Positions 18,702 through 29,097 of a stretch of 64,000 nt of DNA are shown piece by piece. The stretch lies in IMG/VR virus record IMGVR_UViG_2850738089_000001, positions 5,265 through 69,264 of that record; one strand, given 5' to 3'. Numbering within the stretch: the stretch's first letter is position 1; every line of letters starts with the position of its first letter. The notes below the pieces were generated by a model that worked only from the letters and a program-made list of their open reading frames with translations, was not told where the DNA came from and did no database searches. The translations under genes and the position numbers were made by a program. Source of the stretch: a virus. Taxonomy: Duplodnaviria; Caudoviricetes.

Positions 18702-19325
18702 ATGGATCTGAAAGAGTTGCTAGGCGAAGATATGTATAACCAGCTGATGGCTAAACTGGGCGATAAACATAAGGTTGCGATTGTCTCCGACGGCAATTGG
18801 ATTCCGAAGGATAAGTTCAATGAAGCAAACACGGCTAAGAAACAAGTCGAGGATACATTAAAGGAACGTGACAAGCAGCTGGAGGAAATAAAAAAGTCAT
18901 CCGGTGACAGTGCGGCCTTACAGGAACAGATTACGAAGCTACAGGCCGAAAATAAAACGGCTTCTGAAAAGTATGCTTCTGACATGAAGGAGCTGCAATT
19001 GAACTCAGCTCTCAAGATGGTTCTTACTTCTGAAGCGCACGATCCAACAATCGTTGCTAGTCTCTTGGACAAATCAAAAATTGAATTGGATGACAGCGGA
19101 GCCGTTAAAGGCGGGCTGGATGATCAAATCAAAAGCCTGCGCGAAAGCAAGGCTTTTTTGTTTGTCAATAAACAAGATACCAAGCCGAGATTTAAAGGTA
19201 CAAATCCACTAGACGGTAAAGATCAAAGCGGCGGCGGTGGAGAAAGTAGCGCAGCTGCAGATTTTGCTAAAGCAGCAAACGAGAGCGGTAAAGCTCCAGC
19301 TTCCGCAAACAATCCATGGGGTTAA
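18702..19325 (+). CDS. Capsid scaffolding protein (GP20-like)
   Basis: MDLKELLG, WIPKDKFNE, coiled coil, LRESKAFLF. Confidence 0.85.
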   Translation: MDLKELLGEDMYNQLMAKLGDKHKVAIVSDGNWIPKDKFNEANTAKKQVEDTLKERDKQLEEIKKSSGDSAALQEQITKLQAENKTASEKYASDMKELQLNSALKMVLTSEAHDPTIVASLLDKSKIELDDSGAVKGGLDDQIKSLRESKAFLFVNKQDTKPRFKGTNPLDGKDQSGGGGESSAAADFAKAANESGKAPASANNPWG

Positions 19326-19343
19326 CGAAAGGGGAACATAATC

Positions 19344-19667
19344 ATGCCATACGTAAAAGATTTCGGTAAACGAGTAGATGTTAACTTTCTAGCAAGTGCT
19401 AAGGTTACGGCCTTCACTTATCAAGTGAGTGATGTGGGTGTAGCAGCTAACGCACAGGGGCGTAAAATCGTTCCAGCAGGCTCTGTATATCCGGCTAATG
19501 ATGCAACAGCAACCGGCATTCTCTATACGGATACGGACGTAACAGAAGGACCTCAACCGGGTTCAGTCATTGTAGATGCTTGGATCTTAGAAGCTCGTTT
19601 ACCTGTCGCACCAGCTGCAGCAGCGAAAACGGCTATGAAGGCCATCAAATTTAAAACAGGGGTTTAA
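19344..19667 (+). CDS. Head decoration/capsid stabilising protein
   Basis: KIVPAGSVYP..ATGIL..D.DVTEG; lies between scaffold and MCP. Confidence 0.7.
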   Translation: MPYVKDFGKRVDVNFLASAKVTAFTYQVSDVGVAANAQGRKIVPAGSVYPANDATATGILYTDTDVTEGPQPGSVIVDAWILEARLPVAPAAAAKTAMKAIKFKTGV

Positions 19668-19685
19668 GAGAGGGGATAGTCAATC

Positions 19686-20705
19686 ATGCCAAATGTACTC
19701 GAATTGTTTAGTCAACCAGAAGTATTGAACTACCTGCAAAACCGACAGTTCCCACCGTTGTTAGGTGAAACTTTGTTTCCTGAAGTGAAACGCGATTCAT
19801 TGGAATTTGAACAAATCAAAGGGGCACGTCGTGTGCCTGTCATTGCAAGCGTTCATGCATTTGATACAGAAGCTGAGATCGGCAGCCGCGAGGCTACCAA
19901 GCAGGCGTTAGAGCTTGCTTTGATTAAACGGAAGATGCAAATGAAGGAGAAAGACATTATTGCACTTGAGAATCCGCGCACACCGGCAGAACAGCAATAT
20001 CTGATGCGAGAAGTGTACAACGATATTGATGTTCTCACAGCAAGCGTGCGTGCTCGGGTAGAGGCCATGCGTATGGAAGCTGCTGCTAACGGTACTGTGA
20101 CGCTTTCAGAGAATAACCTCAGCGCAGTCATTAACTACCAAGTGCCGAATGAACATAAGCAAGTGCTCTCGGGTACGGACCTGTGGACGAATCCGGATAG
20201 TGACCCAATCACACAAATGCTGGGTTGGTATTCGACGCTGGGTACGAAACCTAAACGTGTCCTAACTTCCGGCACTGTACTTGCAACGTTGCTACGTCAT
20301 CCAAAAGTAGTTGGAGCGTTGTTTGGCAATAACGCTGCAAGAATTGCAACTCGTCTTGACCTGAATGCATTGCTCGGTCAACTGGAGCTCCCGACAATTG
20401 CCGTATACGATGATGTTTATCGGAAGCAGAATGCAAACGGAACTTACTCACAAGTTCGTTATTTCCCGCAGAACAAGTTTGTTATGTTACCAGACGGACC
20501 GCTTGGAGAAACCATTTATGGTCCTACAGCTGAGGAAATTCGTCTTGCGCGTGATCCGCAAATCGATATCACTAAAGTCGGTAATGTCCTAGCGATGGTC
20601 TATGAAGGTGGAAAAGATCCAGTAAGCACATGGACGAAGGCTGTTGCTACGGCGCTGCCAAGCTTCCCAGCTGCAGATGAAGTATTCCAAGCGCAGGTTA
20701 TCTAA
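19686..20705 (+). CDS. Major capsid protein (lambda gpE-like)
   Basis: 339 aa; LGETLFP, GETIYGPTAEE, DPVSTWTKA..LPSF. Confidence 0.9.
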   Translation: MPNVLELFSQPEVLNYLQNRQFPPLLGETLFPEVKRDSLEFEQIKGARRVPVIASVHAFDTEAEIGSREATKQALELALIKRKMQMKEKDIIALENPRTPAEQQYLMREVYNDIDVLTASVRARVEAMRMEAAANGTVTLSENNLSAVINYQVPNEHKQVLSGTDLWTNPDSDPITQMLGWYSTLGTKPKRVLTSGTVLATLLRHPKVVGALFGNNAARIATRLDLNALLGQLELPTIAVYDDVYRKQNANGTYSQVRYFPQNKFVMLPDGPLGETIYGPTAEEIRLARDPQIDITKVGNVLAMVYEGGKDPVSTWTKAVATALPSFPAADEVFQAQVI

Positions 20706-20717
20706 GGAGGTCATTCT

Positions 20718-20990
20718 ATGATCGTTGCACCACATACCATACCAGTCCGGCATAACAGCCGGCTGTATGGGCCCGACGAAGAGTTTGAAATTGATCGTGC
20801 GGGTTATGAACGCATTGCAAACCATCTTGACGTTATCGATGATAGTGATGCAAAGTCGTTTGATAAGATGACAGCTCCGGAATTGAAGGAATACGCAGTA
20901 AAGATTTCGCTTGATCTCGGGGAGGCTACAACCAAACCAGACATTCTTGCCAAAATTAAAGCGGCAGTCGGTGAAGGTAATGACGATTAA
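20718..20990 (+). CDS. Head accessory protein with HeH/Rho-N-like C-terminus
   Basis: MTAPELKEYA...TKPDILAKI. Confidence 0.6.
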   Translation: MIVAPHTIPVRHNSRLYGPDEEFEIDRAGYERIANHLDVIDDSDAKSFDKMTAPELKEYAVKISLDLGEATTKPDILAKIKAAVGEGNDD

Positions 20991-21366
20991 TAAGGATGAT
21001 ATCCTTGCCTTGGTCAAAATGAGGCTTCAATTAGATCCGCTGGGAGCAACACACGATCAACTCATCAATATGTACATGGATGAGATTGAACAGCGAATCC
21101 TTTCTTATATTAACCATTCGTCGATACCCGATAGACTGAGATTTACTTGGGCTGCTATGGTAGCAGGAGCATTGGCTGCTGAGCAATCAGCGGCTCTCTT
21201 TCCCACGATTGAGTCATCAGGAACCTTTGAGATTTCAATAGGTGATACATCCATAAAACCTGTTAAAGCTGTTTCAGCGCCACTAACCCCAAGTATCGTT
21301 GTTGTCAATTCTGTTCTATTTGATTATCGGGCAGAGTTGAACGCTTTTCGAAAACTGAGGTGGTAA
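20980..21366 (+). CDS. Head-tail connector (adaptor)
   Basis: ILSYIN..IP, IGDTSI, LNAFRKLRW. Confidence 0.75.
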   Translation: MTINKDDILALVKMRLQLDPLGATHDQLINMYMDEIEQRILSYINHSSIPDRLRFTWAAMVAGALAAEQSAALFPTIESSGTFEISIGDTSIKPVKAVSAPLTPSIVVVNSVLFDYRAELNAFRKLRW

Positions 21367-21367
21367 C

Positions 21368-21760
21368 ATGATCGATTACACGAAGTACCGTGCAGCGCTA
21401 GAACGGATATATGAGGATCGGGTTACGATCAGCCGTCATGTTCCTTTTGTTAAGCCGAATAAGCAAACTGTACTTCAATTGCAAGCGATTTACATGGATC
21501 AACCTTGTCGCCTATCGCAAACTGGACTAGGTAAGAACAGTCAGTCACCTGCTCAGAACGCCATCCAGTATGAATCGAAGCTGTTCCTTGCGCCCGAATT
21601 GGAGTTGAAGCAGGGGGACGAAATTGAGGTCACCCGCGGACGAGTCACGGTTGAGGGATGGATTCTGTTACCCGGGCAGCCTCGAACCTTTACGGCAGGC
21701 GAACCGTTCCTTTATCCTACGCATCAAGAAGTGAGTTTGCAGCGGAAGGAAAAAGCTTAA
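21368..21760 (+). CDS. Head closure protein (XkdH-like)
   Basis: QPCRLSQ, KLFLAP, GDEIEV, YPTHQEV. Confidence 0.75.
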   Translation: MIDYTKYRAALERIYEDRVTISRHVPFVKPNKQTVLQLQAIYMDQPCRLSQTGLGKNSQSPAQNAIQYESKLFLAPELELKQGDEIEVTRGRVTVEGWILLPGQPRTFTAGEPFLYPTHQEVSLQRKEKA

Positions 21761-22161
21761 TGGCTGGATGGGGTACGTTTGAGTTTGGCGAGTGGGTTGG
21801 GCTCAAGGATTCTCTAAAGGCAATGAAACTGGAGTTCGCACACTTCGAGGAAGAATGTATACGTGAGATTGCCGGACGGCTGCTTGCGAAGGTAATCGCC
21901 AGAACGCCGGTGGATACTGGCGAACTACGTCATGGGTGGACGATCGGACAGATTGCGCGAACTGCAAACGGGTACGAGGTTGAGATCATTAACCCAGTTG
22001 AACATGCGATGTATGTCGAGTACGGTCATCGAACCCGTGATCATACCGGATGGGTCAATGGGCGTTTTATGCTGACATACTCCATTCAGGAAATGGAAAG
22101 AGAGCTTCCGGATATTATAGAGCGTAAGCTGCAGCAATTTATTGATAGACATATGGGGTGA
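21760..22161 (+). CDS. HK97 gp10-like neck/tail completion protein
   Basis: RTPVDTGELR, YVEYGHRT, GRFML. Confidence 0.85.
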   Translation: MAGWGTFEFGEWVGLKDSLKAMKLEFAHFEEECIREIAGRLLAKVIARTPVDTGELRHGWTIGQIARTANGYEVEIINPVEHAMYVEYGHRTRDHTGWVNGRFMLTYSIQEMERELPDIIERKLQQFIDRHMG

Positions 22162-22165
22162 TGAG

Positions 22166-22594
22166 ATGAGCGTAACCGTAATCGGTGTACGTGATGCGGT
22201 GATAGGAACGCTTGCTGGCGCATATCCAGCCATGACGATATACGGGGAAGAGATTAAACAGGGACTCATTGAGCCTTGTTTTTTTGTTTTGGACTTCCCT
22301 GTATCCCATTCTCGTATTATGGGGCGTCGATATAAGCGCGTACATGCCTTTGACGTTCATTACTTCCCATCTACCGATCAACCAAACGAAGAGGCTCATA
22401 CAGTCGCTGAGCGCCTTTATGAAGTGCTAGAGTACATTCCGAATGGTTCTGAACAGATGCGTGGAACTGGGATGCATCATGAGATTATCGACGGCGTATT
22501 GCACTTTTTCTTCGGCATTGATCTATATATTATCAAGCAAATTACTCCGCTGCCTTCAATGGGTAAGTTGGGGATGGAGGTTAGAGGTAAATGA
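22166..22594 (+). CDS. Tail terminator (XkdJ-like)
   Basis: IYGEEIKQG..EPCFF, FDVHYFP, DGVLHFF. Confidence 0.75.
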   Translation: MSVTVIGVRDAVIGTLAGAYPAMTIYGEEIKQGLIEPCFFVLDFPVSHSRIMGRRYKRVHAFDVHYFPSTDQPNEEAHTVAERLYEVLEYIPNGSEQMRGTGMHHEIIDGVLHFFFGIDLYIIKQITPLPSMGKLGMEVRGK

Positions 22595-22788
22595 AAAAAG
22601 GTGAACAAGAACCACTACCGGAAACGGTGCAAAACCCGGTGTATGCCAAGCAGCAGATTTTAGAATCTAAGCAGTTTACGCCACTGGAGAAAGACGTATT
22701 GTCGGCATTGTTAGCTGACAACGAGCGATACACGATAGACAAGGCCAAACAGATGATCGAAGAATTTGCGAAAGGGGAGGCGAATTAA
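22591..22788 (+). CDS. Small conserved protein upstream of sheath
   Basis: KQQILESK..DVLSALL; paralog at 49562. Confidence 0.7.
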   Translation: MKKGEQEPLPETVQNPVYAKQQILESKQFTPLEKDVLSALLADNERYTIDKAKQMIEEFAKGEAN

Positions 22789-24105
22789 ATGGCAGGAGGA
22801 ACTTGGGTAGCGCAAAACAAGGTACGTCCAGGCGTCTATATCAACTCCGTAAGCGATGGAGGGACTCTTGGGTCATTAGGAGATCGGGGAATTACCTCAA
22901 TGGCGCTTACGTTATCATGGGGGGCGTCAAAGGAAATTGTTGCAATCCATGCTGGTGACGATGTGAGTCAGGCGTTGGGCTATGATATTACAGCTACGGA
23001 ACTACTGCTAGTCCGTGAGGCGCTGAAGCGTGCGAAGACATTACTATTATATCGGCTCAATACTGGTACGAAAGCAACCAAAACAATTGGAACTCTCACG
23101 GCAACGGCTAAGTTCGGCGGTCTCAGGGGTAATGACTTGACCATTGTCGTACAGACCAATGTTGAAGACAGCGCCAAGTTCGATGTTATCACAATGCTAG
23201 GCGCGAACAAGGTGGATACACAGATTGGCGCTACTATAGCCGACCTGAAAACCAACGCTTGGGTAACATGGTCAGGAACCGGAGCACTAACAACATCGGC
23301 GGGGGCTGCATTAACGGGCGGAGCCAATGGAACAACAACTAACGTTGATCATACGGACTTCTTGGCGGCGCTCGAACTGCAAGACTTCCAAACGGTCGCG
23401 CTACCTTCGACGGACAACACATTGAAAGCTGTGTACGCTGCCTTTACCCGCCGTCTGCGGGATGGCGAAGGGAAGAAAATTCAGGCTGTGCTTGAGAACT
23501 ACCCAACAGCGGACCATGAGGGCGTAATTAGCGTTAAAAACGGTGTCATACTCTCTGATGGTGTAACACTCACTGCAGCTCAGGCGACAGCATGGGTAGC
23601 TGCTGCAACCGCTGCCGCATCAATTGCCGAATCTCTGACTTTTAGGGCTTACGACGATGCCAAGGATGCCGCACCGCGGTATACGAATTCACAGACTATC
23701 TCGGCGCTACAGGCTGGCGAATTGCTCTTCACCGCTACAGGTGGGAAGGCGGTCGTTGAACAAGACATCAACAGCCTGACGAGCTTTACGGTAGATAAGG
23801 GAAAGCAATTCCACAAAAACCGAATCATTCGAGTGCTGGATGGAATCGGCAACGACTTCAAACGGATCTTTGAATCCTACTACCTCGGGAAAATTAACAA
23901 CAACAACGATGGTCGCAATTTGTTGAAGTCAGAAATGATCTCTTATCTTGACACGCTACAGGCAGCTAACGCGATCCAGAACTTTGATTCGCAGGCAGAT
24001 GTCAGTGTCGTGGCCGGCACCGATTCGGATAGCGTTTATGTCGAGCTGAATGTACAGCCAGTGGATGCAGTCGAGAAAATATATATGAAAGTGAAGGTGA
24101 AGTAA
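22789..24105 (+). CDS. xkdK: Contractile tail sheath protein
   Basis: MAGGTW..QNKVRPGVYIN, EQDINSL, KNRIIRVLD, EKIYM. Confidence 0.93.
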   Translation: MAGGTWVAQNKVRPGVYINSVSDGGTLGSLGDRGITSMALTLSWGASKEIVAIHAGDDVSQALGYDITATELLLVREALKRAKTLLLYRLNTGTKATKTIGTLTATAKFGGLRGNDLTIVVQTNVEDSAKFDVITMLGANKVDTQIGATIADLKTNAWVTWSGTGALTTSAGAALTGGANGTTTNVDHTDFLAALELQDFQTVALPSTDNTLKAVYAAFTRRLRDGEGKKIQAVLENYPTADHEGVISVKNGVILSDGVTLTAAQATAWVAAATAAASIAESLTFRAYDDAKDAAPRYTNSQTISALQAGELLFTATGGKAVVEQDINSLTSFTVDKGKQFHKNRIIRVLDGIGNDFKRIFESYYLGKINNNNDGRNLLKSEMISYLDTLQAANAIQNFDSQADVSVVAGTDSDSVYVELNVQPVDAVEKIYMKVKVK

Positions 24106-24106
24106 G

Positions 24107-24574
24107 ATGTCTTACCTGAATGCAAGCGACACAATTAACGGACAAGAAGGTCGTGCATACGCCACAATTAAAGGCCAGGTCGAGGAAATGTTCTACATCA
24201 AAAAGTTGGAAGCTTCGATTGAAAAGAAAAAATCAGAGGTCAAAACGCTTGGGAAGCGCGGCACTCAGCATAAAGCAGCTGGCTGGTCGGGCAGCGGAAG
24301 CATGACCATTTACTACGTTACCACTAAATTTAGAGAATTAATGATTGAATATGTACGGAATGGGATTGATACGTACTTTGATATTCAGATTGTTAATGAT
24401 GATCCAAACTCTAGTATAGGTATGCAGACCATCGCCATCAAAGGTGTCAATCTAAACAAGGTGATCATTGCAAAACTTGATACAGGAAGTGAATCGCTTG
24501 ATGAGGATATCGATTTCACCTTTGAGGACGCTGAAATCATGAATTCTTTTGGACAACCGACACTAGGTCAATAA
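24107..24574 (+). CDS. xkdM: Tail tube protein
   Basis: DTINGQEG, GWSGSGSMTIYYVT, FTFED. Confidence 0.9.
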   Translation: MSYLNASDTINGQEGRAYATIKGQVEEMFYIKKLEASIEKKKSEVKTLGKRGTQHKAAGWSGSGSMTIYYVTTKFRELMIEYVRNGIDTYFDIQIVNDDPNSSIGMQTIAIKGVNLNKVIIAKLDTGSESLDEDIDFTFEDAEIMNSFGQPTLGQ

Positions 24575-24597
24575 AAATATCAGGAGGCTAACTAACC

Positions 24598-25026
24598 ATG
24601 AAAACAAACGACTTAAGCGCATTTTTTGCACAGAACGCAACAGCAGAGGAAACAGAAGATTTCACTGTCTCGGATCGCTTCAAGACAGCTGACGGAAAAC
24701 CTATCTCTTGGAAACTGCGGAGCATCTCTGCTTCGGAAGACGAGGAATGCCGAAGGGCTGCAACTAAAGTAATCAAAGGCAAGAGAGGTCAATCCACAAA
24801 AGAAATAAGTACGGATGAGTACTTGGCCAAGATGGCTGTCGCTTGCGTGGTGCATCCGAATTTGAAAGATGCAGAGTTGCAATCATCATACGGTATCATG
24901 GGCGCAGAGAACTTGCTTCGTAAGATGTTACGCGCTGGTGAGTATGCCACGCTGATCGAGAAAGTCCAAGAAATCAACGGGTATGATAAGGATATGAATG
25001 AGCTCGTTGAAGAGGTAAAAAACTAA
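24598..25026 (+). CDS. xkdN: Tail assembly chaperone; -1 frameshift extension to 25178
   Basis: PNLKDAELQ..YG, GEYA; ends in GTA AAA AAC TAA slippery site. Confidence 0.88.
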   Translation: MKTNDLSAFFAQNATAEETEDFTVSDRFKTADGKPISWKLRSISASEDEECRRAATKVIKGKRGQSTKEISTDEYLAKMAVACVVHPNLKDAELQSSYGIMGAENLLRKMLRAGEYATLIEKVQEINGYDKDMNELVEEVKN

Positions 25027-25256
25027 TTGAGGAGGGCGATAGTGAGGCTAACTTTGCTTACTACGCCCTCCACGAACTTAAAATCTTGCCTCATGATCTC
25101 ATGCGAATGGATCGATTTGAACAAGCTGCTATTTATGCTATGATCAGTATTCGTGTCGAGAAAGAGAGAAAAAAGTAAAAAAAGTAAGTTTATTCCCACA
25201 AAATGCATACTCTGGTATAATGACTAATGTTAAATACGTAAAACATTGGAGGTATT

Positions 25257-25808
25257 TTGTTGTATAAAATATCAGGAATTAGAATGAGGAAATCTATCAA
25301 ATTTTCATTTATGTTATGCCTTATTATTACTACATTTATGATTTCCGCATGTAGTGTCGATGTTAACACAACAGCAACGAAAAACGAAAAAGCTAGCGAA
25401 GTAAAGTTGATAGCTGATGCAACAAAATATTACAGAATTACAGGAAAAGAGCTAATTTCATTCTTAGGAAATCCAGAATCAAAAGAGCCGTGGGATTTCG
25501 CCAGCCCTAATGGTAAAAAGTATAAGGCGATCACTTATACGTATGATGGAGGTAACCAGGAGTTTCTTTCCATTGATGGTAAGATTGTTAGGTTTACTTA
25601 TTACGGGAATGGGATGAAATACAAGAATGACAACGATTTATATAAATCGTTCGGGTTTGTACCTAAAGAGGACATGAAAATCGTTATTAAATCCGATAAC
25701 GCATTAAAGGTCCATTCTGTTACTGAAAAAATACCGGAGTTTTGGGCTGTAATATTAGATAATGAAATAGACACTGTAAAAATCACATATGATTTGAGAT
25801 ACTTTTAA
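25257..25808 (+). CDS. Lipoprotein moron
   Basis: Basic N-terminus, hydrophobic stretch, ISAC lipobox; own TGgTATAAT (25213-25221) and downstream terminator; AT-rich. Confidence 0.75.
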   Translation: MLYKISGIRMRKSIKFSFMLCLIITTFMISACSVDVNTTATKNEKASEVKLIADATKYYRITGKELISFLGNPESKEPWDFASPNGKKYKAITYTYDGGNQEFLSIDGKIVRFTYYGNGMKYKNDNDLYKSFGFVPKEDMKIVIKSDNALKVHSVTEKIPEFWAVILDNEIDTVKITYDLRYF

Positions 25809-25833
25809 CGCCCATAACGGGCGTTTTATTTTT
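25807..25833 (+). terminator. Terminator after lipoprotein
   Basis: AACGCCC-ataac-GGGCGTTTTATTTTT. Confidence 0.7.
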
Positions 25834-25856
25834 GCCTGAAACGAGGTGGTAAATAG

Positions 25857-28415
25857 GTGGCCACAGTCAGCGCAAGTCTAAAAATGTTTGATCAATTCAG
25901 CCAGACTTTAGATAGGGCCAATCAGAGACTAGAACAGGTTCTTGGGATCGCTGAACGCGTGAAAAGAGAGTTGCAGGATCGAATATCGATTGAGGTTGAT
26001 ATGTCCGGTGCGGTTGCTCATATCGAACAGGTAAGGCAGCAACTCACTACTATGGGGCATTCAGTAGCAATACAGGTAATAATTGATGCGGATGGGATTA
26101 CGCAAGAAATAAACCGTATCCAGCAACAGATCAGAAGCGGTGTAGCCTCGGCGGCAATAGAGGTTACAATCAACTCTACTGCTGCTATCCAAGAGGCTGC
26201 TACTGTCCGTACACAGATCGAACAACAATTAGGGACGATCAGCGCAGAAATCCATTTGCAAGTGCCCAATGCTTCCCAGTTACATTCTCAACTCAGAACA
26301 CTTCTACAAGGTATTGGAGGTGCAGCTGTTAACATTCAAGTGCACTTAGACACTGCCCATGCATTGGCTGAAGTACGCACGCTGAATAGCCGTATTATTG
26401 CTGAGATTGGAACTATAAGGGCCCAGATCCAAATTCAATTACCAGCATCTTTAACGATGATGTTCACGAATCTTCAACGCTTAGTTTTAAGGCTTTTGGT
26501 GGCTGTTAGACAACTCAGTGCGGTAAGTGGTAATACCCAGCAACTACAGGCCGCTTTACAACGTATAGCCGCTCTGGAAGCACGAATAAATCAGTTGCAG
26601 GAACAACTTAATGGCCGACTTAGGGAAGGCGGAAATGCATCTAGCGGAATGGCGACTGGCCTTAAAGGTATTGTTGCTGCCTACGTATCGATTGCAACCA
26701 TTCATAAGGCGATTGATTTTGTTAACTGGGCTGATGGTATCGCTAGTACAAATGCTCGTCTTGGTATGATGAATGATGGTACACAGACGCAGCTTGAGCT
26801 GCAACAAAAGGTTATGGCTGTAGCAAACGATACTCGTCAGGCCTATCAAGAGACAGCGAAGATGGTCGCTCAACTCGGATCGTCCACACAGGGTGTATTT
26901 AAAAGTAATAGTGATGTCCTCGCTTTCACTTCTAGGTTCAATAAGTTGCTTGCTACAGGAGGGGCTACTGCAGAAGAGAGCAAAAGTTCGATCTTACAAA
27001 TGTCACAAGCACTCTCCAGTGGAGTTCTACAAGGTGACGAACTCCGTTCATTGAGTGAAAACGCCCCTATGCTTATGAAGGTGTTAGCGGACGGACTCGG
27101 CGTATCGCGGGGGTCCTTGAAGAAACTAGGCGCAGATGGAAAACTAACGTCTGATGCTGTTGTGCAGGCCTTCGCCAAACAGGACAAGTATATTAACACG
27201 ATATTTGAAAAGATGCCTGTTACATTCGGTCAGGCAATGACGGCTGCCAAGAATAAAGCAGTTGGTTGGATCTCGATACTAAATGGGGCAAACGGACCTA
27301 TCCAGAAGTTAACCAAATCTATTATGGGCTTGATTAATTGGATGGACACCAAGGAAGGTCAAGGAATGTTTAACGGACTGACAGCAGGAATAAGAATCGC
27401 ATCCGATTCTATAGCATGGTTTATTGATTTTCTCACTAAACACATGGACATTGTAAAAAATGTATTGTTTGCCGTCGGTGTTGTGGTTCTTGGACTTGCA
27501 GTTTATTGGCTTATTATGTGGGCCTCAGCGGCATGGCCGGTGTTTGCTGTTATAGGAGCTATCGCTTTACTTATATCATTACTAAATTACTTCGGTGTCT
27601 CTACCCAGACTATAGTCGGCTTCGTTGGAGGTGTGTTTTCTGCCTTTTTCGCTTATCTTTGGAACAGTGTTGCTACTGTTTGGAATCTCATTTTAATGTT
27701 CGCTGAGTTCTTTATTAATGTCTTTATTGATCCGGTTTACGCAGTAAAGAAACTATTTTATGATCTTGCACAACTCTTCATGGGGAATTTGTACAACATG
27801 TTACGGAGTGCAGAAGATTTTGCTGGGAACTTTATGAAAGTAGTGCTAGAGGGGATAAATGGGGTTGTTAAAGGGCTGAACTGGATGATCGAGGCAATGA
27901 ACAATCTTCCAGGAGTAGATATCCCAACAGCTAAACTTTTTGACACGGACAATGTTCATGCAATGAGCGATGGCATCAAGAAAATGATGGATAGCATGGA
28001 GGCTCCGACTTCCGATAAAGGTGTTGTCGATCTGTCCAAATACAAAATGAAACCGAAGAATTTGTCCGATGCCTTTGATGTGGGAAACAAATACGGAAAA
28101 GATCTCTTCACCAAAGCTGTAAATGCTGGAGACTCCATAAAGAAAAAGGGTGATGCCTGGTCAGGCAACATTAATAAGGTGAATGAAGTCGGTAAGATCG
28201 GTGGCAAGGTAGATATATCAAGCGAGGATATTAAGCAAATGCGGGAGCTTGCCGAAATGAAAAACATTCAGAATTTCGTTACGCTTACGCCTCAGATCAC
28301 TTTTGGAGATACGCATGTTCGAAATGAAAGCGACATGGGGACAATTATCTCTAAGATAAAAGATCATTTGGAGGGTGAAATTGTTGCTTCCGCAGAAGGA
28401 GTGTATGGTGGCTGA
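25857..28415 (+). CDS. Tape measure protein (852 aa)
   Basis: QMSQALSSGVLQGDELRS motif, TM cluster, position after TAC. Confidence 0.9.
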   Translation: MATVSASLKMFDQFSQTLDRANQRLEQVLGIAERVKRELQDRISIEVDMSGAVAHIEQVRQQLTTMGHSVAIQVIIDADGITQEINRIQQQIRSGVASAAIEVTINSTAAIQEAATVRTQIEQQLGTISAEIHLQVPNASQLHSQLRTLLQGIGGAAVNIQVHLDTAHALAEVRTLNSRIIAEIGTIRAQIQIQLPASLTMMFTNLQRLVLRLLVAVRQLSAVSGNTQQLQAALQRIAALEARINQLQEQLNGRLREGGNASSGMATGLKGIVAAYVSIATIHKAIDFVNWADGIASTNARLGMMNDGTQTQLELQQKVMAVANDTRQAYQETAKMVAQLGSSTQGVFKSNSDVLAFTSRFNKLLATGGATAEESKSSILQMSQALSSGVLQGDELRSLSENAPMLMKVLADGLGVSRGSLKKLGADGKLTSDAVVQAFAKQDKYINTIFEKMPVTFGQAMTAAKNKAVGWISILNGANGPIQKLTKSIMGLINWMDTKEGQGMFNGLTAGIRIASDSIAWFIDFLTKHMDIVKNVLFAVGVVVLGLAVYWLIMWASAAWPVFAVIGAIALLISLLNYFGVSTQTIVGFVGGVFSAFFAYLWNSVATVWNLILMFAEFFINVFIDPVYAVKKLFYDLAQLFMGNLYNMLRSAEDFAGNFMKVVLEGINGVVKGLNWMIEAMNNLPGVDIPTAKLFDTDNVHAMSDGIKKMMDSMEAPTSDKGVVDLSKYKMKPKNLSDAFDVGNKYGKDLFTKAVNAGDSIKKKGDAWSGNINKVNEVGKIGGKVDISSEDIKQMRELAEMKNIQNFVTLTPQITFGDTHVRNESDMGTIISKIKDHLEGEIVASAEGVYGG

Positions 28416-29083
28416 TGGATGCATATGAGATTGAATTGAGCTATAACAGCCACGCGGAGTTTTTTTCACTTCCAGTCTTGCCGGAGACAATTAATGTAAA
28501 GGAAGATGGCAATGGAAAGACGTACACGGTGGCTGGCATCGGAGAAATTAATGTAATCAAGGATCCGAGTTTAAAGGAAATTAGCTTTGAATCGATCTTT
28601 CCAGCGCATAACTATCCGTTCATTCAGGAGGGTGTTGCTTTTCGTCCTCCTGGATCGTACGTCCAGCGAATTGAACATTGGAAGGCAACAAAACATCCAA
28701 TCAGGTTTATTTTTATTGGTGGTTTCGAAATCAATATCCCCGTTAGTATCGAGTCCTTTGAATGGTCGGAGATTGCGGGAAGCGGAGGAGATATTGAATT
28801 TAAACTCTCGCTAAAGGAATATGTCTTTTATGGGGCAAAGAAGATTAAAGTAGTCAAAAAGAAGAGCGGAACGACAACCAAGCAGGATACTCCATCTCGT
28901 CCAAACGAGAAACAGACACCCAAGACGTATACGATGGTAGCAGGAGACACGCTGTCAAAAGTGGCTAAGAAGCTACTGGGAGACGATAGTCGATGGAGAG
29001 AGATTCAAAAGCTCAACGGCCTGAGTGATGCGGATCTTAAGAAGCTACCTATAGGCAAGGTATTAAAGCTGCCCAATAAATAA
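28415..29083 (+). CDS. xkdP: LysM-domain tail tube initiator (XkdP-like)
   Basis: LPVLPE, SFESIFP, C-terminal YTMVAGDTLSKVA LysM. Confidence 0.85.
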   Translation: MDAYEIELSYNSHAEFFSLPVLPETINVKEDGNGKTYTVAGIGEINVIKDPSLKEISFESIFPAHNYPFIQEGVAFRPPGSYVQRIEHWKATKHPIRFIFIGGFEINIPVSIESFEWSEIAGSGGDIEFKLSLKEYVFYGAKKIKVVKKKSGTTTKQDTPSRPNEKQTPKTYTMVAGDTLSKVAKKLLGDDSRWREIQKLNGLSDADLKKLPIGKVLKLPNK

Positions 29084-29097
29084 GGGAGAGGATAGAC

